Source: Tubulanus polymorphus
Lineage: Eukaryota > Animalia > Nemertea
Direction: 5' to 3'
DNA: 64,000 bases
Assembly (NCBI RefSeq): GCF_964204645.1
Contig: NC_134025.1
Span: 558,001-622,000, forward strand
The translations under genes and the position numbers were made by a program. Shown one piece after another: positions 48,122 to 62,280 of this stretch. Within the stretch, counting starts at the first letter, position 1. Every line of letters starts with the position of its first letter. The notes under the pieces are model-generated. The model saw only the letters and a list, made by a program, of their open reading frames with translations, searched no databases and had not been told where the DNA came from.

Positions 48122-49060
48122 GTCCGGTTACTGTCTAAACTGCAGTCCAGTTACTGTCTAAACTGCAGTCTAGTTACTGTCTAAACTGCAGTCGTGTTTC
48201 TGACTAAACTGCAGTCCAGTTACTGACTAAACTGCAGTCCAGTTACTGTCTAAACTGCAGTCTAGTTACTGTCTAAACTGCAGTCGTGTTTCTGACTAAA
48301 CTGCAGTCCAGTTACTGACTAAACTGCAGTCCAGTTACTGTCTAAACTGCAGTCTAGTTACTGTCTAAACTGCAGTCTAGTTACTGTTTAAACTGCAGTC
48401 GTGTTTCTGACTAAACTGCAGTCCAGTTACTGTCTAAACTGCAGTCTAGTTACTGTCTAAACTGCAGTCCAGTTACTGACTAAACTGCAGTCCAGTTACT
48501 GTCTAAACTGCAGTCTAGTTACTGTCTAAACTGCAGTCCAGTTACTGACTAAACTGCAGTCCAGTTACTGTCTAAACTGCAGTCTAGTTACTGACTAAAC
48601 TGCAGTCCAGTTACTGACTAAACTGCAGTCCAGTTACTGACTAAACTGCAGTCCAGTTACTGACTAAACTGCAGTCCAGTTACTGACTAAACTGCAGTCC
48701 AGTTACTGACTAAACTGCAGTCTAGTTACTGTCTAAACTGCAGTCCAGTTACTGACTAAACTGCAGTCCAGTTACTGTCTAAACTGCAGTCCAGTTACTG
48801 ACTAAACTGCAGTCCAGTTACTGACTAAACTGCAGTCCAGTTACTGACTAAACTGCAGTCCAGTTACTGTCTAAACTGCAGTCCAGTTACTGTCTAAACT
48901 GCAGTCCAGTTACTGTCTAAACTGCAGTCCGGTTACTGTCTAAACTGCAGTCCAGTTACTGACTAAACTGCAGTCCAGTTACTGTCTAAACTGCAGTCCA
49001 GTTACTGTCTAAACTGCAGTCCGGTTACTGTCTAAACTGCAGTCCGGTTACTGTCTAAAC
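48122..49060. repeat. 23-bp minisatellite
   Basis: gttactg(t/a)ctaaactgcagtc(c/t)a, about 40 copies. Confidence 0.97.
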
Positions 49061-49202
49061 CTGCCTAAACCGCGGTCCAGATTAACTACAAATCTCTTTG
49101 ATATACCTTCACAATTGAAATGTTTATCATGTCCCACTTTCACATATTTTTCATCGACTGAAGCCTGAACCTGAATCATTACACTAAGATGAGTTTATAG
49201 GG

Positions 49203-49312
49203 TTCAGTAATTGTTGAGTAGATGTACTCATTCTGCTGTTCAGTAATTGTTGAGTAGATGTACTCATTCTGCTGTTCAGTAATTGTTGAGTAGATGTACT
49301 CATTCTGCTGTT
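49203..49312. repeat. 35-bp tandem triplication
   Basis: gttcagtaattgttgagtagatgtactcattctgct, 3 copies. Confidence 0.9.
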
Positions 49313-49691
49313 AACACATTACTAAATAATTCCCTATCATTGATACCACATTCAATAATGAAAAGAAAACAGAATTAGAAATTTAAAAAGTCAAACGGAT
49401 GTTATTTCTGTTTTTTTGGCTCGTAGCGCGTGACACTAGTCAGTCAGTCAGTCAGTTAGTCTGTCAGTCAGTCAGTCAGTCAGTTAGTCTGTCAGTCAGT
49501 CAGTCAGTCAGTCAGTTAGTACTGAAATACAGGAATAACCACAAGCGACATTCTCAACAAACACGGTCTTCTTTCAGATATCAGAATTATACTAGTCAAT
49601 AATTCAAACAGAGAGGTCGGAAACCTGACTAACAGTTTTATCATCAATAGAGGCTCACAAAAACAAGTTTCATACTGAGGACAGCACTTGT

Positions 49692-51017
49692 AGTGAGGGG
49701 CTGTCACACCTCTCTGGTATTAGTGAGGGGCTGTAACACTTCCCCGGTGTCAGTGAGGGGCTGCCACACCTCTCCGGTGTCAGTGAGGGGCTGTCACACT
49801 TCCCCGGTGTCAGTGAGGGGCTGTCACACTTCCCCGGTGTCAGTGAGGGGCTGTCACACCTCTCTGGTATTAGTGAGGGGCTGTCACACTTCCCCGGTGT
49901 CAGTGAGGGGCTGTCACACCTCTCCGGTATTAGTGAGGGGCTGTCACACTTCCCCGGTGTCAGTGAGGGGCTGTTACATCTCTCTGGTATTAGTGAGGGG
50001 CTGTCACACTTCCCCGGTGTCAGTGAGGGGGTGTCACACTTCCCCGGTGTCAGTGAGGGGCTGTCACACACTTCCCCGGTGTCAGTGAGGGGCTGTCACA
50101 CTTCCCTGGTGTCAGTGAGGGGCTGTCACTCCTCTCTGGTATTAGTGAGGGGCTGCCACACTTCCCCGGTGTCAGTGAGGGGCAGTCACACTTCCCCGGT
50201 GTCAGTGAGGGGCTGTCACACTTCCCCGGTATCAATGAGGGGCTGCCACACCTCTCCGGTGTCAGTGAGGGGCTGTCACACTTCCCCGGTGTCAGTGAGG
50301 GGCTGTCACACTTTCCCGGTGTCAGTGAGGGGCTGTCACTCCTCTCTGGTATCAGTGAGGGGCTGTCACACTTCCCCGGTGTCAGTGAGGGGCTGTCACT
50401 CCTCTCTGGTATCAGTGAGGGGCTGTCACACTTCCCCGGTGTCAGTGAGGGGCTGTCACACTTTCCCGGTGTCAGTGAGGGGCTGTCACTCCTCTCTGGT
50501 ATCAGTGAGGGGCTGTCACACTTCCCCGGTATCAGTGAGGGGCTGCCACACTTCCCCGGTGTCAGTGAGGGGCTGTTACATCTCTCCGGTGTCAGTGAGG
50601 GGCTGTCACTCCTCTCTGGTATCAGTGAGGGGCTGTCACACTTTCCCGGTGTCAGTGAGGGGCTGTCACTCCTCTCTGGTATCAGTGAGGGGCTGTCACA
50701 CTTCCCCGGTGTCAGTGAGGGGCTGTCACACTTTCCCGGTGTCAGTGAGGGGCTGTCACTCCTCTCTGGTATCAGTGAGGGGCTGTCACACTTCCCCGGT
50801 ATCAGTGAGGGGCTGCCACACTTCCCCGGTGTCAGTGAGGGGCTGTTACATCTCTCCGGTGTCAGTGAGGGGCTGTCACACTTCCCCGGTATCAGTGAGG
50901 GGCTGCCACACCTCTCCGGTGTCAGTGAGGGGCTGTCACACTTCCCCGGTATCAGTGAGGGGCTGTCACACTTCCCCGGTGTCAGTGAGGGGCTGTCACT
51001 CCTCTCTGGTATCAGTG
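49692..51017. repeat. 30-bp minisatellite
   Basis: cagtgaggggctgtcacacttccccggtgt, about 44 copies. Confidence 0.97.
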
Positions 51018-51192
51018 AACTGGATTGTGAATACAAAGCAGGAAATTACAGGAAATAGACAAACACAATTACTGACAATACAATATCAGATAGGAATACT
51101 AATAGAGTGAGGAGGGGAGGAGAGGGAGAAGGGGAGGAGGGGAGGAGAGGGAGAAGGGGAGGAGGGGAGGAGAGTGGGGGGTAGTTTCATAC

Positions 51193-51324
51193 CTCAATTG
51201 AATCTCGAGTTGTCCATTTGTGAATCCTCATATCTTCCAGTATATCGAGGACATGGTGGAAATGCGTGCGGAATTCTTCAGCGTAACGTTGAGCTACGAT
51301 ATCAACATTACCTCTTGAACCATC
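51193..51324 (-). CDS. SASH1: SAMD5/SASH1 exon 2 (132 nt, phase 0/0), missed by the ORF track
   Basis: ttttacag acceptor and GTATG donor; DGSRGNVDIVAQRYAEEFRTHFHHVLDILEDMRIHKWTTRDSIE, homologous to exon 23214-23345. Confidence 0.8.
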
Positions 51325-54300
51325 CTGTAAAATATAACAAATTTCTCACTATCAGTGACAGTCTCAGTGACAGGCCGAGTGACTGTCTGGGTCTGGCCGG
51401 CTGGATGACAGGCTGGATGGCAGGCTGGATAACAGGCTGAATAAAGCAGGTTGTAAAACAAGTTTTCTTGTTTTACCATTCGAGCGAATTCATCAAAATA
51501 ATCAGAACTCTAAAATCTGAAAATCATGTAAACATTGAATAATATATCGGAGACATGTTGTAAGTGTTTGAATATTAGACGAGGAGTGTCTCGAGATGGA
51601 GTGTTAACCTCGTGAGGTGTTCAGACTACTGCTTCATACACACGGTCACTAGAGATTTCTACGCATAGACTTTGGTAAAAACGGCTAAACTGTTGTCATT
51701 GGCAGCAATAGGGTAATCAGATTTTACAAATTACCATCGCAAATCTAATCACGAGACTCCTTCGAGCAGAAAGAACTTGTAAGAATATTCTACAGATCCC
51801 AAACGTACAGTGAATATGTACAGACAACAACTGAAAAATTCTATTCCCATCTGAGACTGTGATACCGGTTCCCAGATCCAGCCAGCCATCATTCTGACAT
51901 CGAAATGTGTCTAAAGTTTAAAAAGATAAGTCGTAAAAATGATGCGCGACAACAATCCATTTAGAAATATTTCCCTCGAGGCGTTCGTTTCTAGCCGCAA
52001 TCTTTTAAACAGATTATAAAACCTTGAATTTATATCAGATATTTATGATTGAGATACGAGTTCATTCTTGTGTTCGAGCAATAGACGTGAAATGTAGATA
52101 ATAACATTCAGTCTAGAGACCGACCGATGATTGTTTACCCAACATTTCCAATTTCATCTACGGAAGTCAAACGAAGTCATCACTATTTTTAAGTCCTAAT
52201 TAACATATTATTTATAATCTAATTTACTAAGTGAAAGTCATTAAACGGATGATGAACGTAATGATCACAACAATGATGATGACAATGAGGAGGACTTAAG
52301 CTCAAGTTTCACTTTATAGTTTCGAATAAAAAATCAAAATCTCGGGGTAGATAAATGAGAGGCCGGTATGAGTCGTGATTGTGGCCGTTTTAATTATTTA
52401 TTCATAGCTAGCGTTGTATAAATCAATAGTGAACTCTCGGTTAACGTAAGAAACAAGATCCACAAGTGACACTTCACTGAACAATTTTATTGAAATACAA
52501 CATTCACTCAATACACGTCGTTCAAGTAGAAATAAATGATTGCTAGAATTAAGTGGCTAGCAATGACTTGATTATTATTACAGCACCAGCAGCAGCAGCA
52601 GTAGCAGCAGCAGCAGCACTAGCACCAGCACTAGCACCAGGGCACCACCAGCACCAGGACACCACCAAAACAAATCTCTATATGATATTTATAAAATAGT
52701 TAATACTGATATTCAGATCTAAGTAGTTATAAATTTTGTACTATCTGAAAATAGTTGATATGAATGGTATTTGATTTGTCTGGGTGTCTCATGAGGCATG
52801 CTGTACATTCATTAACTTGATATGTTATTTAACAGTTTCAATGTGCAATTGTGATTGTGTTTATTTTTGCAAATTACTATTATGTAAATTATAATCCGAA
52901 CTCGAACAAATACAAAATGGTTGGATGGTCACAACTGATGTGTAAACAAACAAGTTTGCGAGCGTAGCTAACAGGGCTGACAACCTCAGTAAACTGCTAT
53001 CAGTAATAAATGGAATATTTTTCAGTAACATTTCATTGAAATATGAAAGAAAATGTTCAAATTAACCAGTAATCAACAGTAAGACCCTCAGTAAAATCTT
53101 TCATATTACATCAAACAACATTATAAAATAGTAACAAATACTGAAAATCAGGGACAGTTTGGGCAGCTCTGAGTAAACCAATACACGACTATCGGGATAA
53201 AGCTGAACTAGGAAATGAATATGTCTGTAGCTCAAGGAAACATTTCAGATTTTTTCATTCTCAGTTGTTTATCTTTCAAAATGGACCGAGTTTTTTATCA
53301 ACAGTAACCATTAAAAGCGTAGGTTTGGCCCGTTTATCCTAGTTTTTCAATCGGTCTGTTCAATTCTAAACCTTAAGTGAAAAGTATTCTTTTTTGAGCA
53401 ACAGAATTTTGAGCCGAATCGAAGCTAATTAATTCACTATTCATTTTTCCCAATGTTCAAAGTCCGGTTTTGATAATTGATAAGAAGGAACTGATGCTAG
53501 CAGCAGCAGCAGCAGCTGTCCAGCCTCCCACACACATACTGGTCACCCCCCATCACTTCTTACACAGATTTAATAATCTACTATCAATCAGTATCGTGTA
53601 ACAAATGAATGAATGTGAGCCCCGCTTTACTCGCCCGCTCCTCAGCAGCTCCTCAGCTGCCCCTCGGGGACCGAGCTCTAAACAAATTGTGTTGTCAGTA
53701 TTTTACGTACAGTGGCAATAACCCGAACAGAGCACCGGCTATTCACATCTTACTCTCTGACGCGCGCGGTATTTTCAATACCGATTCCGGAATCAATGAT
53801 CGCTAAAACGAATCAAACAATGATTGATCGAAGAGGATTCTTTTACCAGTGAGAGATAAATAACACTTTATCAATGACCGCAGTAAATACTACAGAATCT
53901 CTGCTACTAAACGACCATCTATTTACATCTATCACTTAAATCAACATGGCTGCTTGGTAGTTAGAAATAAGCTTAGAATTCAGCACAATAATAATGTAAT
54001 AAACTTTAGTGTCATTTGTGTAGTTTAATTGTGTAGTTTGATATTTCATCTGATGAGGTGTGATATCTCCCTCACAAGATGGCCGCTCATCTTTTATCCT
54101 GTATTTGAATAACTAACTTGTAATTAAACATTTGTTAGAAATGAACTTAGAATTCAGCACTAGTTGTAATAAACTTTAGTGTAATTTGTGTAGTTTAATC
54201 CATTTGATATTTCATCAGATGAAGTGATATCTCCCTCAGCAGATGAGGGGATATCACCTCACCTGATGAGGGGATGTGATCCTCATATTTCACCCGATGA

Positions 54301-54929
54301 GGTGATATCATTCCGAAAACATTTGTATCAATGAACTCTTTATACTTATTAGAAAAAAAAAATTTATAAAGTAAAGCGCTTCTATGGATTTTTAGGTTAC
54401 CTTAAGAAATTCAATTTCTAACCACGTGAGATGAGATGAGATGAGATGAGATGAGGTAGGTATAACCTGTCATATTAGGCTACAATTTATAGAATAAATA
54501 TAACTGTGGTTTATGTACAGAGACTGTTTGAATATTTGCTGAGACTAGATCTCTCTGAATTATGATTTATAGAACAGAGGAATGGAGGAGAGGGGAGAAG
54601 GGGAGAGGGGAGGGAGAGGGGAGGGAGAGGGGGGTAAATTCTACCGTTACTGCATTAATTATCTTATTATCTGTTATCTATATGATCAGTGAGTAGAATA
54701 GATCATACGATCTCACGTGATCAATGTTAATAAAACACTTTTTATTACCAATTTACAAATGGTTTGTCGAGGGGGGAGGGGAGGGGGAGGGGGAGGGAGG
54801 GTCAGTTAGAGGGGAGAATATTTTATCACCTTTGAGAGAATGGAACAGTATTTTATGTTGTTTATACAAAAACATGAGCTACATGAGAAACAATGATGTG
54901 AGACCTGAACCCAAATTCACACATCGGTT

Positions 54930-55510
54930 TTACAACTACCGCTCTACAACTACCGCTCTACAACTACCGCTCTACAACTACCGCTCTACAACTACCGCTC
55001 TACAACTACCGCTCTACAACCACCGCTCTACAACCACCGCTCTACAACCACCGCTCCACAACTACCGCTCCACAACTACCGCTCTACAACTACCGCTCTA
55101 CAACTACCGCTCTACAACTACCGCTCTACAACTACCGCTCTACAACTACCGCTCTACAACCACCGCTCTACAACCACCGCTCTACAACTACCGCTCTACA
55201 ACTACCGCTCTACAACTACCGCTCTACCACCACCGCTCTACAACTACCGCCCTACAATCTACCGCCCTACAATCTACCGCCCTACAACTACCGCTCTACA
55301 ACTACCGCTCTACAACTACCGATCTACAACTACCGCCCTACAATCTACCGCCCTACAATCTACCGCCCTACAATCTACCGCCCTACAACTACCGCTCTAC
55401 AACTACCGCTCTACAACTACCGCCCTACAATCTACCGCTCTACAATCTACCGCCCTTCAATCTACCGCCCTACAATCTACCGCCCTACAATCTACCGCTC
55501 TACAATCTAC
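54930..55510. repeat. 14/15-bp minisatellite
   Basis: tacaactaccgctc / tacaatctaccgccc. Confidence 0.95.
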
Positions 55511-56889
55511 CAAACCTTTGGATACTAGGGTTATTAGTGAACAGTCAACCGGGCTTATGTTTCATGACCACTTTTGGACAGCAATGCTGTGTACATGAGC
55601 CCTAGTTTTTACAAGTTTTGACTGTCGACGCAATTTTTAATAAAAAAAGACCTGCGGCTCCTCAACGCGTCTGGCTGTAGTCACACAAAAACACATTCAC
55701 TTTTACTCTATATAACTTTTCTTTAGATATAAAGAATAAATACTGAGGGATGGGACCCGACCCGACCGACCGACCGACCTATACCTAACACTACTGCCGT
55801 AATATTGCCTCATTCATACGTAACAATAGAATGTGAGTTTTAACCTCATTTTCATAAAGAATTCTATTCATATTTCATCCCTCACTCTCTCTCCGCTCTC
55901 TCCGCTCAACACAATGACAATCTAAATTTACTTTCTTTAGCACTTGTGTAAATTTGCACAGATGTGCTCATTTTTATCACAATCACCTCCGTCATCAAAC
56001 TCTGCTCATCCTAGTTCACAAATTAAACACATTCAACTTCATACTACACGTTTTATACAAACATTTTCGCAATCAGATCAGAATCAAAAAGAATTTTTCA
56101 TTTATGAATATGAAGATGTTTTATAGTGTTTTTCAGGTTTAATGATTTTTGCTACACAACATTTTGAATTTATCAATAATAATCAGTGATTTCAATCATC
56201 GCAGATAATGCAGTTAACTAGCATGCTTACTCGAACAACTTCGCGACCAATTTCTCGATCTTTTAAACTCAAGACTCAAAGCGGTCGCAGTGGAGTAAAG
56301 TGAGGTTTACTGTAATTTTTAATGAAGAAATAAAGCGTGATATAAATTTGTGAGCACGAGACATAAGAGATGTGTGAGGAGACACGACCAGTGAGGGGAG
56401 TGCACAAGATTCTTATTATTCCTTTGTTCACTTGTCAGTTTCCGGAACAGGTTTTTGATAAATTACCAGCATTTATCATTTTACACGCCAGCAGAGCAAC
56501 CAGCAGAGATACCTCTCTCCTCTCTCTCTCTCCTCTCTCTCTCTCAACCTGTCTCACTGTCTGTGTCAACTGTCTCACTGCGCACAGAAAATAATCACCA
56601 TTTTACTGTTTATTGTATGACAAAGGACAAAATAACTGAAAAACCAAAAAGAGACAAACAAAGTCTTCACGAGCAGTTACACCAACTAGTCATTGAGACA
56701 TTTTATCAGCACACTTTCAAAAACTGATCGTTCCACATTTCATACTACACACTAGTAATAGTGAAGTGGATGAAAGGGCTGTAGGTAAGGACAGCCGGTG
56801 TATTCCAGTAAGTGCTACGTTAGAAGTGGCTTCTGAGAAAGTGTTCACTGAACACATCAATCAGGTGTAATGACTTACTGGACTTAATC

Positions 56890-56922
<33 letters not shown>

Positions 56923-57824
56923 AGGGTCAGGTCTGTCATCTCAAACTCAGTGTTTGATACAATATGAAAGTCTATCAGACTTTCCTGCCACCTCCCAGAG
57001 AGATGTATTACCTGCCTGAGATGTATTACCTCCCAGAGATGTATTACCTGCCAGAGATGTAAAACCTCTTTTATAAAACTGCATCTGAGAGGTCAAACCT
57101 CCCCGATGCTGAACACTATTTCATAAAGGTCTCAGCCCCTAACACAGATTGAACCTATACAAGCTCTGTCGCTATATCTGGAATTTGACTATCAATATCA
57201 TGTATTCACTAAGGTGATAGAGAAATAATGTGTTTATTCTAAATATGACTGACTGATTGCAACCTTTAAATGATTATTACTCCTCCAAAACTGCGACTAA
57301 ATAGAGATTAACAGTGAATCACAGTCAGACTCAATGTCATCTGATCTGATATATACTACTGCTGCTGCTGTATTTAATAATTATAACTATGACACTACAT
57401 AAATCAACTGATAACCACTAACAGCCCCCATCCATAACAATTACTGACTGAAAATTACACACAGCAGTAAAACCTGTTTCTATCGCACACGCCTGATTGA
57501 AATAAATATCATACCAGTTTCACCTCATTTCTATTTGATAAAACCCACGCGCCACTGCCTGCCACTGCCTGTCGCCCGTAAATTGGTTCAGTTTTCACTC
57601 AGTTATTTGTCATCATTATTATTACACTTAGAAATCAAACTATCATCAATTACAGAATACATTATGAGAACCGCCCGATATTTCATTGGGAGATAACTGT
57701 GAACCTGGTATAGGCATAAATAGTGATTGATTCAGACCAGGTATTTGCCCTGTATTGGGCCTCCTAGCTATAAGGCCCTTTACATTCCTCTAGCAACCAA
57801 GACCCTGCTCCAACCACTAACTGG

Positions 57825-58302
57825 CCCTAGCTAGACCAAAATCCAACCAATGACTGGGGGTAGCTAGACCCAGGTCTTACAACTGACTGGTCCTAGCTAG
57901 ACCCAGGTCGCACTACTGACTGGTCCTAGCTAGACCCAGGTCTAACAACTGACTGGTCCTAGTTAGACCCAGGTCTAACAACTGACTGGTCCTAGCTAGA
58001 CCCAAGTCGCACTACTGACTGGTCCTAGCTAGACTCAGGTCAAACTACTGACTGGTCCTAGCTAGACTCAGGTCAAACTACTGACTGGTCCCAGCTAACC
58101 GAGGTCCAACCACTGACTGGTCCCAGCTAACCGAGGTCCAACCACTGATTGGGCGTAGTCAGACCCAGGTCCAACCACTGACTGGTCCCAGCTAACCGAG
58201 GTCCAACCACTGACTGGTCCTAGCTAGACCGAGGTCAAACTACTGACTGGTCCTAGCTAACCGAAGTCCAACCACTGACTGGGCGTAGTCAGACCGAGGT
58301 CA
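57825..58302. repeat. ~32-bp minisatellite
   Basis: Variants of ctagctagacccaggtctaacaactgactggtc. Confidence 0.9.
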
Positions 58303-58857
58303 GTCGTAATTGTGGCTCTGATTCATAGTTCAATCCTAACCACACTCTATACACACACAATACATTGTATACAGCATGCTCTGTGTCTGTCACATATAAA
58401 TTGCTCGGCTATTCACAATAAATGCATCTCAATATTCAGACTTTCAAGCACCAATTAAGAAAATCATTGATGTGCCGCTAGATCTCTTCCCGTCTCTCTC
58501 TCTCTCCCTCTCTCTCTAAGAGGGCGCGGAGATGGAGAATTTAAATATTTGTGATGGTTGTCAGATGGTTACCCGGGAGATTCAATTCAATCATCAAACA
58601 TCTTACATTAAATACTTGATTATTTCCATTAAAATCAACATTAATTCAATTTTTATCCGATTATTATTCGCGATTCTTTAAAAACCAACCGTCTTTATTG
58701 TTAGATTGTTTAAATAAAGGTTTTCTGCACGATTGAATTCGACGACAGCTTTTTACACAGAGATTAAAAGTCTTATACGAGAGAGCAAGAGGGAAGAGAG
58801 GGTGAGGGGGAGAGGGGGGAAGAGGGGGTGTTACTGGTGTTAGAGAGATCAGCGAAT

Positions 58858-59137
58858 CATAGGCGTCCCAAGGAATTTTCATAGGGGGTTCGAATAAGCA
58901 TCAATCCAGCATCCAAGCACAATGTCTGGTGTTTGGTGGGCCTCCCCCAAAAAACTTTTTGAAAATTGGAGGCTTTACAGACGTTTTCCAGGCTTTAAAT
59001 GAATCATTTAGAGGTAAAAGATTAGTCAAATTGGCAAGAAAAATCTTGAACATTTATTTCATAGTAACTTGAGAAGTTAGCTATCTCGAAAAGGGGGTGC
59101 GTCCGCTACCCCCCGCACCCCCTTGGGGAACCCTATG
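58858..59137. mobile_element. Non-autonomous DNA transposon (hAT-like MITE) relic
   Basis: Imperfect TIRs cataggcgtcccaag / cttggggaaccctatg with subterminal G5/C5 hairpins; no clear TSD. Confidence 0.5.
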
Positions 59138-60014
59138 AGAATATAATTCTTAAACACTCTCTAGGACCAGGTATCAGTAATGATAATACAGAAAGCTGCG
59201 CTCACTGAAATATCACCAGCAGTACCAAACACTATACCGAGTAAGAAGCAATCTACAGTATCAGCGAGGAAACGTTATTAAAATGATTACCATAACAAAG
59301 TAATAATGGATTAAACATCACAATCATCACGGTAGACAATAAATAGACGTCTTATTCCCGTCATCTATAGCAGCAGCAGCAGCAGCAGCGGTAGCAGCGC
59401 TCGGAGAGACTTAATTAAAAATGACATGTTATCAATAATATCTTAGAAGATTCGATATTAAATTATATTCGATGTAGCGAGACACCTGGGACATAGAAAA
59501 CTCTCCACTCATACAAACTGCTGCTCTAGTCTTAGAGGTGAATTTACGCAACATTCTCAACTCAGATATTCAGTCCTAACTAAAGTGATTCAAGTGTAGA
59601 GACACATGAAGGACCTTGAAGTTAATTTTGGCTTTTCTCTCTGTCCGTCTACAAATGTATAGCTTTATGTGACAAACTTTTCTAACAATAATTCATTTCC
59701 TATCCCGCTATCTTCAATATTAAAATGCCTCTCTTTTAGCAGTTTGTCCCAGCAGTAGCGAGAGAGCCAGGTCGCTGTAGGGTACATGGTGAAGTGTTGT
59801 GTAGGTGATGAAGGAAGCTGTGAATTAAAAATTCAGCTCATCATTTTATGGTTAGATGAGAATGCATGATAGTAGCCAGCATCTCCAGCAGCATTAATAC
59901 CAGCTACCAACGCTCTTTCTATCGTTCATTATTACTTTAGAGGAAAGAAAATGAATGCATAATGAACCAGGCAAATCAGTATTCTACATGTGAGAGACTG
60001 GAGGGAACCAGGCG

Positions 60015-60582
60015 AGGGGACTGGGGGATCAGCAGGCTGGAGGAGAGGGGCAGGAGGAGAGGGGACTGGGGGATCAGTAGGCTGGAGGAGAGGGGCAGGA
60101 GGAGAGGGGAATGGGGGGGAGATCAGCGGGTAGGAGGAGAGGGGCAGGAGGAGAGGGGACTGGGGGATCAGCAGGCTGGAGGAGAGGGGCAGGAGGAGAG
60201 GGGAATGGGGGGGGGATCAGCGGGTAGGAGGAGAGGGGCAGGAGGAGAGGGGACTGGGGGATCAGCAGGCTGGAGGAGAGGGGCAGGAGGAGAGGGGACA
60301 GGGGGATCAGTAGGCTGGAGGAGAGGGGCAGGAAGAGAGGGGAATGGGGGGGGGATCAGCGGGTAGGAGGAGAGGGGCAGGAGGAGAGGGGACTGGGGGA
60401 TCAGCAGGCTGGAGGAGAGGGGCAGGAGGAGAGGGGACTGGGGGATCAGCGGGTAGGAGGAGAGGGGCAGGAGGAGAGGGGACTGGGGGATCAGCGGGCT
60501 GGAGGAGAAGAGCAGGAGGAGAGGGGCCTGGGGGAGAGCGGGCTGGAGGAGAGGGGCAGGAGGAGAGGGGACTGGGGGATCG
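60015..60582. repeat. ~42-bp G-rich minisatellite
   Basis: ggaggagaggggcaggaggagaggggactgggggatcagcaggct. Confidence 0.95.
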
Positions 60583-60714
60583 GTATGAAATTATTAGCGA
60601 ATAGGCAATGATTTGACAACCAGTCGCCACACCTGACTGGTCGCATTGCACTGAATGGTCACCTCACACCCATTGCCCTCATACAAAACCAACTTCCAAA
60701 CCATGTCAGTTACC

Positions 60715-60790
60715 TTGGCTCAGTTGTCCAGTGGTTAGGACGCTGGGTTTGGAAATTAGAGACCCAGGTTCAAATCCTGACAGGATCAAC
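60715..60790 (+). mobile_element. tRNA-derived SINE head or tRNA pseudogene
   Basis: A-box-like tgtccagtggttagg and B-box ggttcaaatcc at tRNA spacing; acceptor and anticodon stems are poor. Confidence 0.5.
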
Positions 60791-61579
60791 TAGGGTTAGG
60801 GTTATTACTGAGAGCTAGGGTTCACAGTTGGGTTTAGACCAAATGAATGTTCTTTTTTGTTTTTTGCAGGTCAATCTATTCGATATTGTTCATATACTGG
60901 AGGTACGAGGTTCATTCTTAAAGGATTAAAGAGCTTTTTTTGAAGACTGCATATATTTTGAACCAGTTATCATCAGCAACTTGTACTCAAGATTCTTTTT
61001 AGAATATTTTCGTAATATTTTTAGGTGGATTAAGAAGTGCCGATAGCAGCAGCAGGTATAGAGAGCTGCAAGCTTCCTCTCACAGTGTCAACTGTATAGC
61101 TCACAGTATGGGTACATGTGTGTGCCGAGTACTGAAACAGATTCCTGTGAACACATGGAAAAAATTAACCAACAACTCTCTTCAAATGAAAAACATCAGT
61201 TGTTTCTAAAAACAGTATCTACTCACACACAGGAATAGAGCAGTAACTATGTTTTATATATAGTATGAATAAAAAGGTTTCTAGTGATTATATAATAACA
61301 AAACATCAGTACCATCAGCAGCAGCAGCAGTAGCAGCAGCTGTATAATTGAAAACAATATCATATTCTGTTTATGAGTAAAAAATAAACAAAAAATGTGA
61401 AATGATTCATTCAACACTAATGGAAAGTCAAGCTGTGAAGTCCCTTCAACAACTGAAGGACGAAGATTCCAGCAACTGCAGTCTATTCCAGGTTTTATCA
61501 CGCAGGAGGTGTTAGGCTTAATGACCCAGACTGTGGTTTTAGTCTCGCTGCTGGATATTGAGCTCGCTGAGGTTCCATG

Positions 61580-62280
61580 TCCCAGATTTTTGCTGGTTCA
61601 GTTCCAGATTTTGGCTTGTTTATTCCCAGGTTTTTGCTGGTTCAGTTCCAGATTTTGGCTGGTTTATTCCCAGATTTTTGCTGGTTCAGTTCCAGATTTT
61701 GGCTGGTTTATTCCCAGGTTTTTGCTGGTTCAGTTCCAGATTTTGGCTGGTTTATTCCCAGGTTTTTGCTGGTTCAGTTCCAGATTTTGACTGGTTTATT
61801 CCCAGATTTTTGCTGGTTCAGTTCCAGATTTTGGCTGGTTTATTTCCAGGTTTTTGGCTGGTTCAGTTCCAGATTTTGGCTGGTTTATTTCCAGGGTTTT
61901 GCTGGTTCAGTTCCAGATTTTGACTGGTTTATTCCCAGATTTTTGCTGGTTCAGTTCCAGATTTTGGCTGGTTTATTCCCAGATTTTTGCTGGTTCAGTT
62001 CCAGATTTTGGCTGGTTTATTCCCAGATTTTTGCTGGTTCAGTTCCAGATTTTGGCTGGTTTATTCCCAGGTTTTTGCTGGTTCAGTTCCAGATTTTGGC
62101 TGGTTTATTCCCAGATTTTTGCTGGTTCAGTTCCAGATTTTGGCTGGTTTATTCCCAGATTTTTGCTGGTTCAGTTCCAGATTTTTGCTGGTTCAGTTCC
62201 AGATTTTGGCTGGTTCAGTTCCAGATTTTGGCTGGTTCAGTCCTTGGTTTTTTGCTGGTTTAGTCCCAGGTTTTTGCCAG
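61580..62280. repeat. ~44-bp minisatellite (dimer of ~22-bp halves)
   Basis: ttcccagatttttgctggttcagttccagattttggctggttta. Confidence 0.95.

Noticed and set aside
54040-54325. Several ctgatga motifs with short palindromes
   Set aside because: No complete hammerhead core or C/D pair; looks like a local degenerate duplication.
60715-60790. Functional tRNA gene
   Set aside because: A and B boxes are present but the acceptor and anticodon stems do not pair; treated as a SINE head or pseudogene.
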